In this document: in pieces, positions 28,266-38,212 of the stretch
Layout: each line of letters starts with the position of its first letter
Position numbering within the stretch: the first letter of the stretch is position 1
UHGV virus genome: UHGV-0145637
Direction: 5' to 3' (one strand)
Length of the DNA: 39,764 nt
Origin: a virus
Position numbers and translations under genes: made by a program
The notes under the pieces: model-generated
Databases searched by the model: none
Seen by the model: only the letters and a program-made list of their open reading frames with translations
Told to the model about the DNA's origin: nothing

Positions 28266-29373
28266 ACTGTATATCGGTGGCAGTATTTTTTCCGGCTGGC
28301 TGACGGTCAGCGTCCGTCGCTCGCTGGAGCATCTGGCCGGGTCGTTTGAACTGGGGCTGATGCTGCCCGGTGAGCGCATCCCCTCAGCCCTGCGAACCGG
28401 TCAGTCCCTGACGCTCAGAATTAACGGGCAGACGGTCATCAGTGGCTGGCTGGATCAGGTCAGTCAGCGGATCAGTGCAACCCGTCATCAGATCAGCATC
28501 AGCGGTCGGGATAAAACCGGCGACCTGGTGGACTGTGCCGCCATCCATCCCGGCAGCCAGTGGCGCAACCGGACGCTGGCACAGATTGCCGCAGATTTAT
28601 GTGCGCCCTTCGGGATAGCCGTGCGCTGGCAGGTTAACGACGACACGGCTGCACGCCCCTTCAGCTCTTTTACGCTGGAAAACTCAGAAACCGTGGCGGA
28701 TGCGCTGACCCGTGCTGCCCGGCATCGCGGGGTGCTGGTGACCAGTAATGCTGACGGCGATCTGGTGTTCACCCAGGCAGGAAGCCAGCAGACGGACAGA
28801 CTGGTGCTGGGAGATAACCTGCTTGATGCCGATTACAACACGGACTGGCGAGGACGATACAGCGAATACCGTGTCCGGGGACACGGGCGCGGTGGTGGCA
28901 AACGGGGAGACAGCGAATCCGCCGCCCGTCTGGCAGCACCTGTGGGCGTCATCAGTGATGAGCAGATCGGCCGCTACCGGCCGAAAATCATCCTCGCCGA
29001 TCAACAGACAGACACCACCGGTGCACGGCAGCGTGCCCTGCGTGAAATGCGCCGTGCGATTGCCCGTTCAGAACGGTTTTCTGCCACCGTGCGTGGCTGG
29101 TTCCGGGATGATGGCCGGTTATGGGATGTCAATCTGCTGACCGGTGTTTCAGCCCTGCGTTTCGGTATAGAACAGACTGAACTGCTGGTCTGTCAGGTGG
29201 AGTTTTTACTTGATGAACATAACGGGGAAGTCACCCGGCTGGTACTGGCACCGCGTGACGGCTTTATCGTTCCGGCAGAGCCGGACAGTAAGGGCCGGGG
29301 TGGTTCCGGTGACGATGTTGATGCCTTTATTCGCCAGCAGATGAAAAAACAGGGGATCAGCTTTGATGAATGA
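28249..29373 (+). CDS. Baseplate hub / tail protein (P2 gpD-like)
   Basis: 374 aa; GTG start with GGAGGTG RBS. Confidence 0.6.
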   Translation: MSSRIELYIGGSIFSGWLTVSVRRSLEHLAGSFELGLMLPGERIPSALRTGQSLTLRINGQTVISGWLDQVSQRISATRHQISISGRDKTGDLVDCAAIHPGSQWRNRTLAQIAADLCAPFGIAVRWQVNDDTAARPFSSFTLENSETVADALTRAARHRGVLVTSNADGDLVFTQAGSQQTDRLVLGDNLLDADYNTDWRGRYSEYRVRGHGRGGGKRGDSESAARLAAPVGVISDEQIGRYRPKIILADQQTDTTGARQRALREMRRAIARSERFSATVRGWFRDDGRLWDVNLLTGVSALRFGIEQTELLVCQVEFLLDEHNGEVTRLVLAPRDGFIVPAEPDSKGRGGSGDDVDAFIRQQMKKQGISFDE

Positions 29374-29977
29374 TGAAGTGTTCAGTCGCCTGATTGCCCC
29401 GGTAACGCGCGGTATTCGCCTGTTGTTTGGCCGGGGCGTTCTGACCGGCACACATGACGAACTGAAAATGCAGAATGTGCAGCTCACCGGCATGGACGGC
29501 GAAACCTTTGATGATGTGGAGCGTCCCCAGCAGTACGGGCAGATCAGCGTTCCCCTGCCGGGTGCGGAAACCTTTTTTGCCTGTCTGGGCGGACAGCGGG
29601 ATCAGACTGTGGTGCTTGTGGTGGAAGACCGGCGCAGCCGCCCGACCGGACTCACAGCCGGAGATACGGGGGTGTATCACCATGAGGGGCACCGGATACG
29701 GTTAACAAAGGATGGTCGCATTATTGTGACATGCAAAATGCTGGAGATTTACGCCGATGAGGGGATGCGGGTGGATACGCCGGAGGCCACCTTTACGGGC
29801 AATGTGACGGTGGATAAAAACCTGCATGTTAAGGGTAATTTCGTGCTTGATGGTACAGGTAAATCAGACGGGCTGTTCACGATGTCTGATGCCGTTATTG
29901 CCGGGATCACCTATTCCGGCCATGTGCATCAGGATAACGGCAAAGGCAGTAAGACAGGAGCGCCGGAGAATGGCTGA
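29363..29977 (+). CDS. Baseplate assembly protein V (spike)
   Basis: 204 aa, position in baseplate block. Confidence 0.6.
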   Translation: MMNDEVFSRLIAPVTRGIRLLFGRGVLTGTHDELKMQNVQLTGMDGETFDDVERPQQYGQISVPLPGAETFFACLGGQRDQTVVLVVEDRRSRPTGLTAGDTGVYHHEGHRIRLTKDGRIIVTCKMLEIYADEGMRVDTPEATFTGNVTVDKNLHVKGNFVLDGTGKSDGLFTMSDAVIAGITYSGHVHQDNGKGSKTGAPENG

Positions 29978-30407
29978 TATTGCAATTGTATGGGATCAGG
30001 GGTGCGGTTCGCTGCAACTGAACGGTGCCGACCTGCTGACGGATGACAGTCTGCTGACGGCCGTTCTGATTTCGCTGTTTACTGACCGCCGGGCGCTGGC
30101 ATCGGATGAAATCCCTGACGGTACGCGTGACCGCCGGGGATGGTGGGGAGACAGTTTTCGCCCGCGTCCCATTGGCTCCCGTCTGTGGCTTCTCCGCCGG
30201 GAAAAAACGCTGGCCTCGGTGATAAGCCGTGCCCGTGCTTACGCGGATGAGGCGCTGGGCTGGCTCAGTCAGGATGGCGTGGCGTCATCCGTGGTCTGTC
30301 ATGCAGAACGTGTGGGACACGCGCGGCTGGCGCTTTCGGTGCGCATAACCCTGCCTGATGGTTCAGTGAGGCCCATGATTTTTTATGCTGATCTTAAGGG
30401 GGAGTAA
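29970..30407 (+). CDS. Baseplate protein (gpW / Mu gp46-like)
   Basis: Start taken at MADIAIVWDQ (ATG overlapping upstream stop, ATGGCTGA). Confidence 0.55.
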   Translation: MADIAIVWDQGCGSLQLNGADLLTDDSLLTAVLISLFTDRRALASDEIPDGTRDRRGWWGDSFRPRPIGSRLWLLRREKTLASVISRARAYADEALGWLSQDGVASSVVCHAERVGHARLALSVRITLPDGSVRPMIFYADLKGE

Positions 30408-31489
30408 TGCCTTATCAGCCTTTACCGCTGGCACAGTTAATCACGCAGACACAGCAGGATATCAGCCAGCGCCTGCCCGGCTCGCAGCCGGGTGTGAATG
30501 AAACCACCCTGAATGCCATTGCTTACGCTCAGGCAGGGTTATCTGCTCAGGAGCATGAGCATCTGGCCTGGATTGCGCGTCAGATCATCCCGACCGAAGC
30601 CGATGAAGCCGAACTGCTGAAACACTGTGCATTCTGGGGCGTCATGCGTAAGCCTGCCTCTCGGGGGGACGGGCCGGTTCAGCTGATGCTGACCACGGAT
30701 GCGGGGATCAAGGAAGGTGTGCTTCTCCAGCGAAGTGATGGCGTGGTTTACCGTATCACCACCTCCCTGACCGGTAAGGCCGGTACGCTGAATGTCAGTG
30801 TGGAAGCCGAAAGTGCCGGTCGTGCGGGGAATGCCCCGGCAGGGACAAAACTGACATTTATCACACCGCAGGCGGGGATCAACCAGACGGCCACGGTGAC
30901 CGGAACGGGGATCACCGGTGGTGCGGATGTGGAAACCGTGCCGGAGCTGCTTTCCCGTCTGGTTTTCCGGGTGCAGAATCCACCGTCCGGCGGCACGCAG
31001 TATGATTTTGAACGCTGGGCGCGTGAAGTGCCGGGCGTGACGCGGGCATGGTGCCGCCCGGAATGGCCGCAGGCGGGCAGCGTGGGGGTAACGTTTGTTC
31101 AGGATAATAACCCGGACATTTTCCCCGGTGACGGTGATGTTCAGCGGGTGGCGGATTATATCCGCAGTCATGATGATCCGGCGACCGGCCAGCCTGTCGG
31201 ACAGCCTCTGGGGCCGACGGTGACCGTGTTTAAACTGACCAATAAGCCGGTGCCCTTCAGCATCAGGATCATCCCGAAAACACCGGAGAATCAGGCGGCC
31301 GTAAAACAGGCGCTGACCGACCTGTTGTATAACGAATCCCGGCCCGGCGGTCTGGTTCTGCCGTCGTCTTTCTGGCGGGCGGTGGCAGGGGTGAAAAATC
31401 TGGAGGATTTTGAAGTGCGCAGTCCGCTGACGTCAGTTCAGGCGGGAGACAGTGAGCTGCTGACGGTAGGAGAAATCACATGGCTGTAA
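30407..31489 (+). CDS. Baseplate J-like protein (Mu gp47-like)
   Basis: 360 aa in conserved baseplate order. Confidence 0.65.
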   Translation: MPYQPLPLAQLITQTQQDISQRLPGSQPGVNETTLNAIAYAQAGLSAQEHEHLAWIARQIIPTEADEAELLKHCAFWGVMRKPASRGDGPVQLMLTTDAGIKEGVLLQRSDGVVYRITTSLTGKAGTLNVSVEAESAGRAGNAPAGTKLTFITPQAGINQTATVTGTGITGGADVETVPELLSRLVFRVQNPPSGGTQYDFERWAREVPGVTRAWCRPEWPQAGSVGVTFVQDNNPDIFPGDGDVQRVADYIRSHDDPATGQPVGQPLGPTVTVFKLTNKPVPFSIRIIPKTPENQAAVKQALTDLLYNESRPGGLVLPSSFWRAVAGVKNLEDFEVRSPLTSVQAGDSELLTVGEITWL

Positions 31490-32040
31490 CCCTGACCCCG
31501 CATCAGCGCGCCCTGTTGCAGTTACTGCCTGACGGGCTGGCATGGGACAAGCGTCCGTCATCCGTACTGGCATCATTATGTCTGGGCCTCAGTCATTCGA
31601 CAGCGCGTGTATCCTGGACGGGTAAACAGCTGCTTGCCGAGCGTTTCCCTGACACGTCGCGCCTGCTGCTGGAAGACTGGGAGCGTTATCTCGGGCTTCC
31701 CGAGTGTGATATGGCCGGAGCCACCCTCACGGAGCGACAGCGTTATGCCGGAAATAAATACCGGATGAAGCCCTCGCTGAACCGTGAATTTTATATCCGG
31801 TTTGCGGCGGAGTTTGGTTATCAGATTGACATTCAGCCCTCACCGGATTCGCAGTGGGTCAGTATTGTCACGATTAACAGTGAAACCGGCTACCGGAATA
31901 TGAATGTGCTGGATGATATTCTCACGCCGCTGCGTATTTATGAAGGCGGTGCGCTGGAATGTATTCTGAACCGTTATAAGCCTGCATGGCAGACGTTTAT
32001 TTACGTTTATGCAAACAGCCATGAAGAGGAGACTATTTAA
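31480..32040 (+). CDS. Tail protein (P2 gpI / Mu gp48-like)
   Basis: 186 aa immediately upstream of the tail fibre gene. Confidence 0.55.
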   Translation: MAVTLTPHQRALLQLLPDGLAWDKRPSSVLASLCLGLSHSTARVSWTGKQLLAERFPDTSRLLLEDWERYLGLPECDMAGATLTERQRYAGNKYRMKPSLNREFYIRFAAEFGYQIDIQPSPDSQWVSIVTINSETGYRNMNVLDDILTPLRIYEGGALECILNRYKPAWQTFIYVYANSHEEETI

Positions 32041-32921
32041 TGTTTCATGTTGATAATAATTCCGGCGTGGCGAATATGCCTGCGCTGGCACCGGCGCAGA
32101 GTAATACCACCACCTGGTTTACCGAAGGTGACGGACAAAAAGGTATCAGCTGGATTGGTCAGGACTGGCTGAATATTCTCCAGGCCGAACTGCTGAATAT
32201 TCTGGCTGAAGCCAGTATTCAGCCGGATAAGGCGCAGTTAAACCAGCTTACGCTGTCCATTAAAGCCATTATCGCTGCGAATGCCTTTTCCCGGAAAAAT
32301 AACCTGAAAGAAATTGCTGATGCCGGTGCGGAGGCCCAGCGTCTGGCCCGTGGTTATCTTGGTCTGGGGACGCTTGCCACAAAAAACAGTCTTGGTCCCG
32401 CTGACGTTAATGCCCTGGCGAAGGATCAGAATCTCGCCGACCTGGAGAATAAGGGAACCGCCCGTAATAATCTGGATGTTTACAGCAAAAGCGAAGGTGA
32501 TAACCGTTACCTGCGCAGGGAGCAGAACGGCGCAGACATTCCGGATAAAGGGGCTTTTATCGATAACGTCGGTTTACGGGAAACGGTAAACAGGGCGGCG
32601 AATGCCCTGCCATCGGACGGCACCGCCGTTGCCGCGAACAGGCTGGCAAATGCCCACACAATTAATGGTGTTCCCTTTGACGGGACGCAGGATATCACTA
32701 TCTCATCAGGAACAGTAACCGCCATAAGACTGGGGTCGGTGACCGCACATATGCCCGGAACATGGGAAAGCTGGGATCTGAATCTGGGGGGCGGCAATGT
32801 TCTTACCGGAATTAAAGTACAGGATGTCGGTAAGAATACGGCAGATAACGTCGGCGGCGTGTATTACCGGCCGTTGCAGTATCTGTTAAATGGAGCATGG
32901 GTGACGGCTGCAAGTATATAA
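32040..32921 (+). CDS. Tail fibre protein (Mu S-like), C-terminus inside the invertible segment
   Basis: N-terminus [20 protein letters not shown]...WFTEG resembles Mu/P1 S as recalled; the crossover site lies inside the gene. Confidence 0.8.
   Translation: MFHVDNNSGVANMPALAPAQSNTTTWFTEGDGQKGISWIGQDWLNILQAELLNILAEASIQPDKAQLNQLTLSIKAIIAANAFSRKNNLKEIADAGAEAQRLARGYLGLGTLATKNSLGPADVNALAKDQNLADLENKGTARNNLDVYSKSEGDNRYLRREQNGADIPDKGAFIDNVGLRETVNRAANALPSDGTAVAANRLANAHTINGVPFDGTQDITISSGTVTAIRLGSVTAHMPGTWESWDLNLGGGNVLTGIKVQDVGKNTADNVGGVYYRPLQYLLNGAWVTAASI
32557..32700. repeat. Left inverted repeat of the invertible segment, with gix/hix-like 26-bp crossover site at 32557..32582
   Basis: Site TTATCGATAACG-TC-GGTTTACGGGAA; the following ~70 bp are near-identical to the reverse complement of 33815..33885, with weaker similarity to ~32700. 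Confidence 0.75.
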
Positions 32922-32930
32922 TGATATTCA

Positions 32931-32954
32931 GAAGGCCTTCCGGCCTTCTTTATT
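32931..32954 (+). terminator. Rho-independent terminator after the tail fibre gene
   Basis: 7-bp stem GAAGGCC / GGCCTTC, loop TTCC, followed by TTTATT; overlaps the stop of the convergent tfa gene. Confidence 0.6.
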
Positions 32955-33474
32955 ACTGTGGCTGCTCAGGCCATTTAATGGCGTTAAATTCAGCTTCTGT
33001 TTTAATGGCGGGTAGTTCCATTTTCTTCACCTGACTGATGTATGCCATCCATTGGGTAAGTGCTGCTCTGTCTTCATCGCTGATGGTGCCCAGTTGTAGC
33101 TCCGTTCTCCAGTCATTAATTTTTTCATATGCCTGATTAAGATATGACTGGCGCATTGCTTCCAGTTTTCTTGCGTAGTTAACCGGAATACGGGAGATTA
33201 TGCCATTATCAAACTTCCAGTTTCCTGAAATATCCGTGCCTTCAGGGAGTTCATCGACCTCAACCACAGAAAACCCCGCAGGATACAGCGCCGAGGCGTC
33301 CTGTGATATTGAGCAGATAACGCCGCTGTCAGGTGTTATGCAAAGTTTATATTTTTTGGTGAATAATGGCAGGGATTCGTAGAAATCCTTACCATCTTCA
33401 CTCTGGAAATACTGAACATTATTACCATATGGCATATTTTCAGGATAATAACGGGTTATATTTTTTAGTTCCAT
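32953..33474 (-). CDS. Tail fibre assembly chaperone (Tfa / U-like), inside the invertible segment
   Basis: 173 aa on the minus strand with AGGAGG RBS, directly downstream of the alternative fibre C-terminus; C-terminal ...AIKWPEQPQ resembles Tfa endings. Confidence 0.7.
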   Translation of the reverse strand: MELKNITRYYPENMPYGNNVQYFQSEDGKDFYESLPLFTKKYKLCITPDSGVICSISQDASALYPAGFSVVEVDELPEGTDISGNWKFDNGIISRIPVNYARKLEAMRQSYLNQAYEKINDWRTELQLGTISDEDRAALTQWMAYISQVKKMELPAIKTEAEFNAIKWPEQPQ

Positions 33475-33525
33475 AAAATCCTCCTGGAAATAAATCTGTT
33501 TTAAAATATATTATTTACTGACTAT

Positions 33526-33885
33526 TTATAACTGAGATACCGTAATCCATGTACCTCCGACTAATTTTTGCAGGGGTCTGAATGCTATAAAATCGTTTGA
33601 AGCATCAACTTTACTGTCAATCTGCAGGCCTGCCATAACATTACCGTACGCAGAGTAATATGCCCCACCGTACATTACCTGCCTGTTCTCTGCTCCCAGC
33701 CTGATATCCTGGATATATCGGGAATCCGCATCCTGCTGTGTTATACCAGAAGTGATGTTTATGTCCTGCGTCCCGTCAAAGGGAACCCCATTAATATTTC
33801 TTGGGGTGGCGAGTCTATTCGCGGCAACGGCGGTGCCGTCCGATGGCAGAGCATTCGCCGCCCTGTTTACCGTTTCCCGTAAACC
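33526..33885 (-). other. Alternative tail-fibre C-terminal cassette (S'v), start-codon-less
   Basis: Minus-strand frame is open for 119 codons from the crossover site ([17 protein letters not shown]... to ...GGTWITVSQL stop), in register with the fibre frame. Confidence 0.7.
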
Positions 33886-33899
33886 GAGGTTTTCAGGAA
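33760..33899. repeat. Right inverted repeat, with gix/hix-like crossover site at 33874..33899
   Basis: Reverse complement reads TTCCTGAAAACC-TC-GGTTTACGGGAA, sharing the half-site GGTTTACGGGAA and central TC with the left site. Confidence 0.75.
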
Positions 33900-33964
33900 A
33901 GCCAGGATTAACTCTGTTTTATTCCTCATGCGACAATTCCGGCTTTTTATAATAAGGAAATCGT

Positions 33965-34537
33965 ATGCTGATTGGGTATATCAGGGTGTCAACAAATGAC
34001 CAGAATACGGCGCTACAAAGAAATGCGCTGGAATGTGCAGGATGTGAGCTGTTTTTCGAAGACAGAATAAGCGGTAAGACAAGGGAGCGTCCCGGACTTA
34101 AACGCGCATTAAAGCGACTCCGGCCAGGGGATACCCTGCTGGTCTGGAAACTGGATCGCCTTGGACGCAGTATGCAGCACCTTGTCCTTTTAACAGAAGA
34201 ACTCCGGCAACGCGGCGTTAACTTCCGCAGCATTACGGACAATATTGATACATCCACTCCCATGGGACGTTTCTTTTTCCATATAATGGGCGCGCTGGCG
34301 GAAATGGAGCGGGAACTCATTATTGAACGTACACGCGCGGGTCTTGCTGCTGCCCGTGCTCAGGGGCGTCATGGCGGCAGACCTCAGAAACTGACAGAGA
34401 AAGAGCGGGAGCAAATCGCCCGTTTGCTGGCTAATGGCGAGTCCCGTAAACAAATCGCACTGATATTTGATATTGGCCTTTCCACCCTTTATCGTTATTT
34501 TCCTGCCTCACCAGCTCCGTCACCAAAAGTACCGTGA
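33965..34537 (+). CDS. gin: Serine recombinase DNA invertase (Gin/Hin/Cin/Pin family)
   Basis: MLIGYIRVSTNDQNTALQRNAL... with catalytic-serine motif and C-terminal HTH; near-colinear with Mu Gin as recalled. Confidence 0.9.
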   Translation: MLIGYIRVSTNDQNTALQRNALECAGCELFFEDRISGKTRERPGLKRALKRLRPGDTLLVWKLDRLGRSMQHLVLLTEELRQRGVNFRSITDNIDTSTPMGRFFFHIMGALAEMERELIIERTRAGLAAARAQGRHGGRPQKLTEKEREQIARLLANGESRKQIALIFDIGLSTLYRYFPASPAPSPKVP

Positions 34538-34622
34538 CGCTTTTTTGAATTTCCGCAAAACACATATTTTTCAGCGGTCGCTATTCTGACTCTGTTTAAT
34601 TCAGAAACAGGCAGAAAAGACG

Positions 34623-36677
34623 ATGTCAGACTCCAAGTGGAAAATGCTCTCCGCCATGCCCGGAGAGTTTTCAGTCAAGGTTGCCGGTGGCACGGTGGCA
34701 TTTATTGAAAGCCCTTTCCGCCCTTCGGGTAATAAAGGGGGGATCACCTTCGCAGACTGCGTGATCCGCTTCAGCACGAAAGAGCCATTATGGGTAATGC
34801 CGGTATCCGGTAATCCCAGTGCAGAAATCACCAGTTCAGGCGTGACTGGCATCATTCCAATCACATCTGACGTGGCCGGAACGCTCACGCCCTCCGACTG
34901 GAATGCACCGGATAACGCCGGGCCTTCCGGTAGCACGAATGGCAGCAGTTCAGAGCCGGAATATTACTTTGTTGTCATTCTCGCGGGTCAGTCAAATGGC
35001 ATGGCCTACGGCGAGGGGCTGCCGTTACCGGATTCGTTTGACCGCCCGGACCCACGCATTAAGCAACTGGCACGCCGCAGTACGGTAACGCCCAACGGTA
35101 CGTCGTGTACATACAACGACATCATTCCGGCAGACCACTGCCTGCATGATGTTCAGGATATGAGCGGGATAAACCACCCGAAAGCTGATCTGGCAAAAGG
35201 CCAGTACGGGACTGTCGGTCAGGGGTTGCATATTGCCAAAAAACTGCTTCCCTATATCCCACAGAATGCCGGGATACTTCTGGTGCCCTGTTGTCGTGGC
35301 GGGTCAGCATTCACCACTGGAGCCGACGGCTCATTCAGTGAGGCCAGCGGTGCTTCCGCTGATTCTTCACGCTGGGGGGCCGGTAAACCTCTGTATCAGG
35401 ACCTGGTAAGCCGCACCAAAGTCGCGCTGGCGAAAAACCCGAAAAACAAACTTCTGGCTGTGGTCTGGATGCAGGGAGAGGCAGACCTTGCCTCAGGAAG
35501 CCAGCAGCATAATAGTTTATTCACGGCCATGGTTCAGCAGTTCAGAACTGACCTGGCTCCGCTTGCTGCGCAGTGCGTGAGTGGAAATGCCACCACGGTG
35601 CCGTGGATTTGCGGTGATACCACGTATTACTGGAAAAACGCTGGCACCGATAAATATGAGGCAGTATACGGTGGCTACAAAGGCAAGGAAGCACAGAAAA
35701 TTTTCTTTGTACCGTTCCTGACGGATGAGAATGGACAGAGCACGCCAACGAATGCTCCGGCGGAAGACCCGGATATTGTGGCTGTCGGGTATTACGGTGC
35801 AGCATCCCGAACCCAGGGCAGTTTTGTTTCGACACAGCGTGACAGCCATTTCAGCTCATGGGCACGCAGGGGCGTCATTTCAGACCGTCTGGCCTCAGCT
35901 ATTATGCTCCATGCAGGGCGCACGGCTGAACTGATGCGCGGGCAGACCGTGACACCACCGGATGAGAAGCCGTCACCTGATACACCATCAAAACCGTCCA
36001 CGCCACCCGCAGACACCACGACGATGAGTACGCTATTTGCTTACCGGGCATCTGAGTCTGAAGGACGGTTGACACCACAGGGTTGGGCTGCCGGAGGTGG
36101 CAAGGCTCAAATCGTGGATGATGCCGGAGCCAGCGGGGGTAAGGCAATGAAACTGACCAAGGAAACAGGAAGAGCCCCCTGGTACCTTGAGCATGATGCT
36201 GGTAATGGTGCGGACCTGCTGGGTAAAGGTGGTCTTGTCAGTTGTCGTTTTAAACTCGATGGCGCGCTTACGGCTAATCAGTACGCACTGGCGCTGTACT
36301 GGCCGGTTTCTGCCCTGCCGCAAGGGGTTACTCTGGAAGGAAATGCCGGTCATAACCTGCTGGCATCGTTCTACGTACAGAGCGATGCCACAGACCTTAA
36401 CGTGATGTATCACAAAGGAAACACGGCGCAGAACACGAAGCTGGGGTCATTCGGCGCATTTAATAACGAATGGCATACGCTGGGCTTCCGTTTTGCCGGT
36501 AACAACAGTATTGAGGTGACACCGGTCATTGATGGTAAGGACGGGACACCATTCATGCTGTCGCAGTCTCCGGTCGGCACGTTTACGGCAGACAAGTTGC
36601 GCGTGACCGATATCACTAAAAATGCGACTTACCCGGTACTGATTGACAGTATCGTGGTGGAAGTGAATAACGCGTAA
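34623..36677 (+). CDS. SGNH-type (sialate-O-acetylesterase-like) esterase domain protein with Pro/Thr linker and C-terminal beta-rich domain
   Basis: Motifs VILAGQSNGMAYGEG and VVWMQGEAD; linker PPDEKPSPDTPSKPSTPPADTTT; about 210-aa C-terminal domain; no N-terminal signal peptide. Confidence 0.5.
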   Translation: MSDSKWKMLSAMPGEFSVKVAGGTVAFIESPFRPSGNKGGITFADCVIRFSTKEPLWVMPVSGNPSAEITSSGVTGIIPITSDVAGTLTPSDWNAPDNAGPSGSTNGSSSEPEYYFVVILAGQSNGMAYGEGLPLPDSFDRPDPRIKQLARRSTVTPNGTSCTYNDIIPADHCLHDVQDMSGINHPKADLAKGQYGTVGQGLHIAKKLLPYIPQNAGILLVPCCRGGSAFTTGADGSFSEASGASADSSRWGAGKPLYQDLVSRTKVALAKNPKNKLLAVVWMQGEADLASGSQQHNSLFTAMVQQFRTDLAPLAAQCVSGNATTVPWICGDTTYYWKNAGTDKYEAVYGGYKGKEAQKIFFVPFLTDENGQSTPTNAPAEDPDIVAVGYYGAASRTQGSFVSTQRDSHFSSWARRGVISDRLASAIMLHAGRTAELMRGQTVTPPDEKPSPDTPSKPSTPPADTTTMSTLFAYRASESEGRLTPQGWAAGGGKAQIVDDAGASGGKAMKLTKETGRAPWYLEHDAGNGADLLGKGGLVSCRFKLDGALTANQYALALYWPVSALPQGVTLEGNAGHNLLASFYVQSDATDLNVMYHKGNTAQNTKLGSFGAFNNEWHTLGFRFAGNNSIEVTPVIDGKDGTPFMLSQSPVGTFTADKLRVTDITKNATYPVLIDSIVVEVNNA

Positions 36678-36821
36678 GCAGGATAAAAAAATGCCGCCGG
36701 TAAGGGAAAACAAGAAACCGGCGGCAAAAAGATCGTTATATCCAAAGCAAAAAATGCAGTGCACCTTTTTACCTAACAGATATTACCGGTGTCAACACCA
36801 TGTCAATAATTGGGAGGGATA

Positions 36822-37004
36822 ATGACATTTTTACAGCTTATTTTATTGTATTTCTGCACGGCAGTATGTGCGTTATATCTGGTGAGTGGTGGTTATAAGG
36901 CCATCAGAAATTATGTTCGCCGCAAAATTGAGGACGCAGCAGCTGAAAAACTCAGTAAAACAGCGCAGGTAACTCCGCTCCCAAAAGACCCGACCCAGCC
37001 CTGA
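36822..37004 (+). CDS. Small membrane protein, 60 aa
   Basis: GGGAGGG RBS 5 nt before ATG; MTFLQLILLYFCTAVCALYLV hydrophobic helix then charged tail. Confidence 0.45.
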   Translation: MTFLQLILLYFCTAVCALYLVSGGYKAIRNYVRRKIEDAAAEKLSKTAQVTPLPKDPTQP

Positions 37005-37039
37005 TTGCAGGGCTTTATTCCCGCATAAGGAGGATATAC

Positions 37040-37294
37040 ATGCCAGAAATTAAAGGCACCGTCACTGAAGACCTGGTAAAACAGGCACTGTATTCCGGTG
37101 AAGTAAATAAGTTGCTGAAAGCGCAGGTCCGCAAGGATTTTGAGGCACAAATCGACACTTACGTTGATGAAGTGCTGGCAAAACTTATTGGGCCAGCAGT
37201 TGCGGCCAGTGATGCTGATAATGAGCCGAAAACCGACGCGCAGCCAGAGCAACCAGACCCGGCTCAGCCCGGAACTGACAGTACCATGATGTAA
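37040..37294 (+). CDS. Small acidic hypothetical protein, 84 aa
   Basis: Strong AAGGAGG RBS; acidic Pro-rich C-terminus; hairpin AAACCGG...CCGGTTT downstream. Confidence 0.5.
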   Translation: MPEIKGTVTEDLVKQALYSGEVNKLLKAQVRKDFEAQIDTYVDEVLAKLIGPAVAASDADNEPKTDAQPEQPDPAQPGTDSTMM

Positions 37295-37461
37295 CAATAC
37301 AAACCGGTGGTGTCCTCTGCCGGTTTGACACTAATGAAAACATCTTTGCCGCTATCCAGCCATATGTAATCGCTGGATAGTATTTCGTATTCAGAAATAT
37401 AGCTGCTTATGGAGCAGTCAATCCTGCTTCCCCATCCGGGCAGGCAAATGAACCGGTATCA

Positions 37462-37755
37462 TTAGTCCGATTCACGCTTTTGTAGAATCGTTCCCAGAAT
37501 GCTATACAGCTCATTAGCCTGTTGCTCCATCATTGAGACGGAGGCTATACGGTGCAAAGTGATTTCAGGAGGTGGCACACCTCCATCTTCTTGCTGTGGA
37601 GGAAAAACATAAGATTTAATAAAAAAGTTGAAGCATATGAACTCTCCCGCACTCGAACTGTATTTGCAGGCATCTGAATAATCGGAAAAATAATCATTAT
37701 AGATTTCCGCATTTTCAATCATTTTTCGATTTCTCGTCGTTACATGATTGTCCAT
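37462..37755 (-). CDS. Hypothetical protein, 97 aa, antisense to neighbours
   Basis: TAAGAGG RBS, AT-rich, divergent from com-mom across a 255-bp AT-rich region. Confidence 0.45.
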   Translation of the reverse strand: MDNHVTTRNRKMIENAEIYNDYFSDYSDACKYSSSAGEFICFNFFIKSYVFPPQQEDGGVPPPEITLHRIASVSMMEQQANELYSILGTILQKRESD

Positions 37756-37877
37756 AGCAGCCTCTTACGCTGGCAATTAACCAATTGACTTCTATAAATT
37801 AGTTGATTTGTTTGCTTTGCGGTATTCAAATGTACAATCATTCAGCACTTATGCGTTACAGCACCGTTTAAAATTAG

Positions 37878-37964
37878 TGATCAAACTCATAAATTTTCGC
37901 TAATGACATTTCGTGTTATTTGTTGTATCAATTAAATAAATCAAATCGATCGTTTTTGTCGATC
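37878..37964. promoter_or_regulatory. GATC cluster with inverted repeat upstream of com-mom
   Basis: GATC at 37878, 37948 and 37961; the last two lie in the palindrome AATCGATCG-TTTTTGT-CGATCGATT, about 50 bp before the com start. Confidence 0.5.
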
Positions 37965-38011
37965 GATTGAGTGATAAAGATATCAACAACAAAGCAGGAG
38001 GTTATGCGGCC

Positions 38012-38212
38012 ATGTATCGAAACATACGGTGCCGACATTGTAACAAGCTACTGGCACGAGCCAGCTTCAGTTATCTGGAAGTTAAATGTCCGCGCTGTAA
38101 AACCCTCAATCAAATCACATCTCAGAGCGCCACAGAGCACCCCACATACACAAGGAAATCCTGTCGTGGGGAACAGAAAGCAAGTTACATCCCGTATCAT
38201 CAGCACGCCTGA
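38012..38212 (+). CDS. com: Com zinc-finger translational activator of mom
   Basis: [10 protein letters not shown]...EVKCPRCK matches the Mu Com zinc finger as recalled (IRCKNCNKLL...IRCPRCK); GCAGGAGG RBS; start at the internal Met of the track ORF. Confidence 0.8.
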   Translation: MYRNIRCRHCNKLLARASFSYLEVKCPRCKTLNQITSQSATEHPTYTRKSCRGEQKASYIPYHQHA

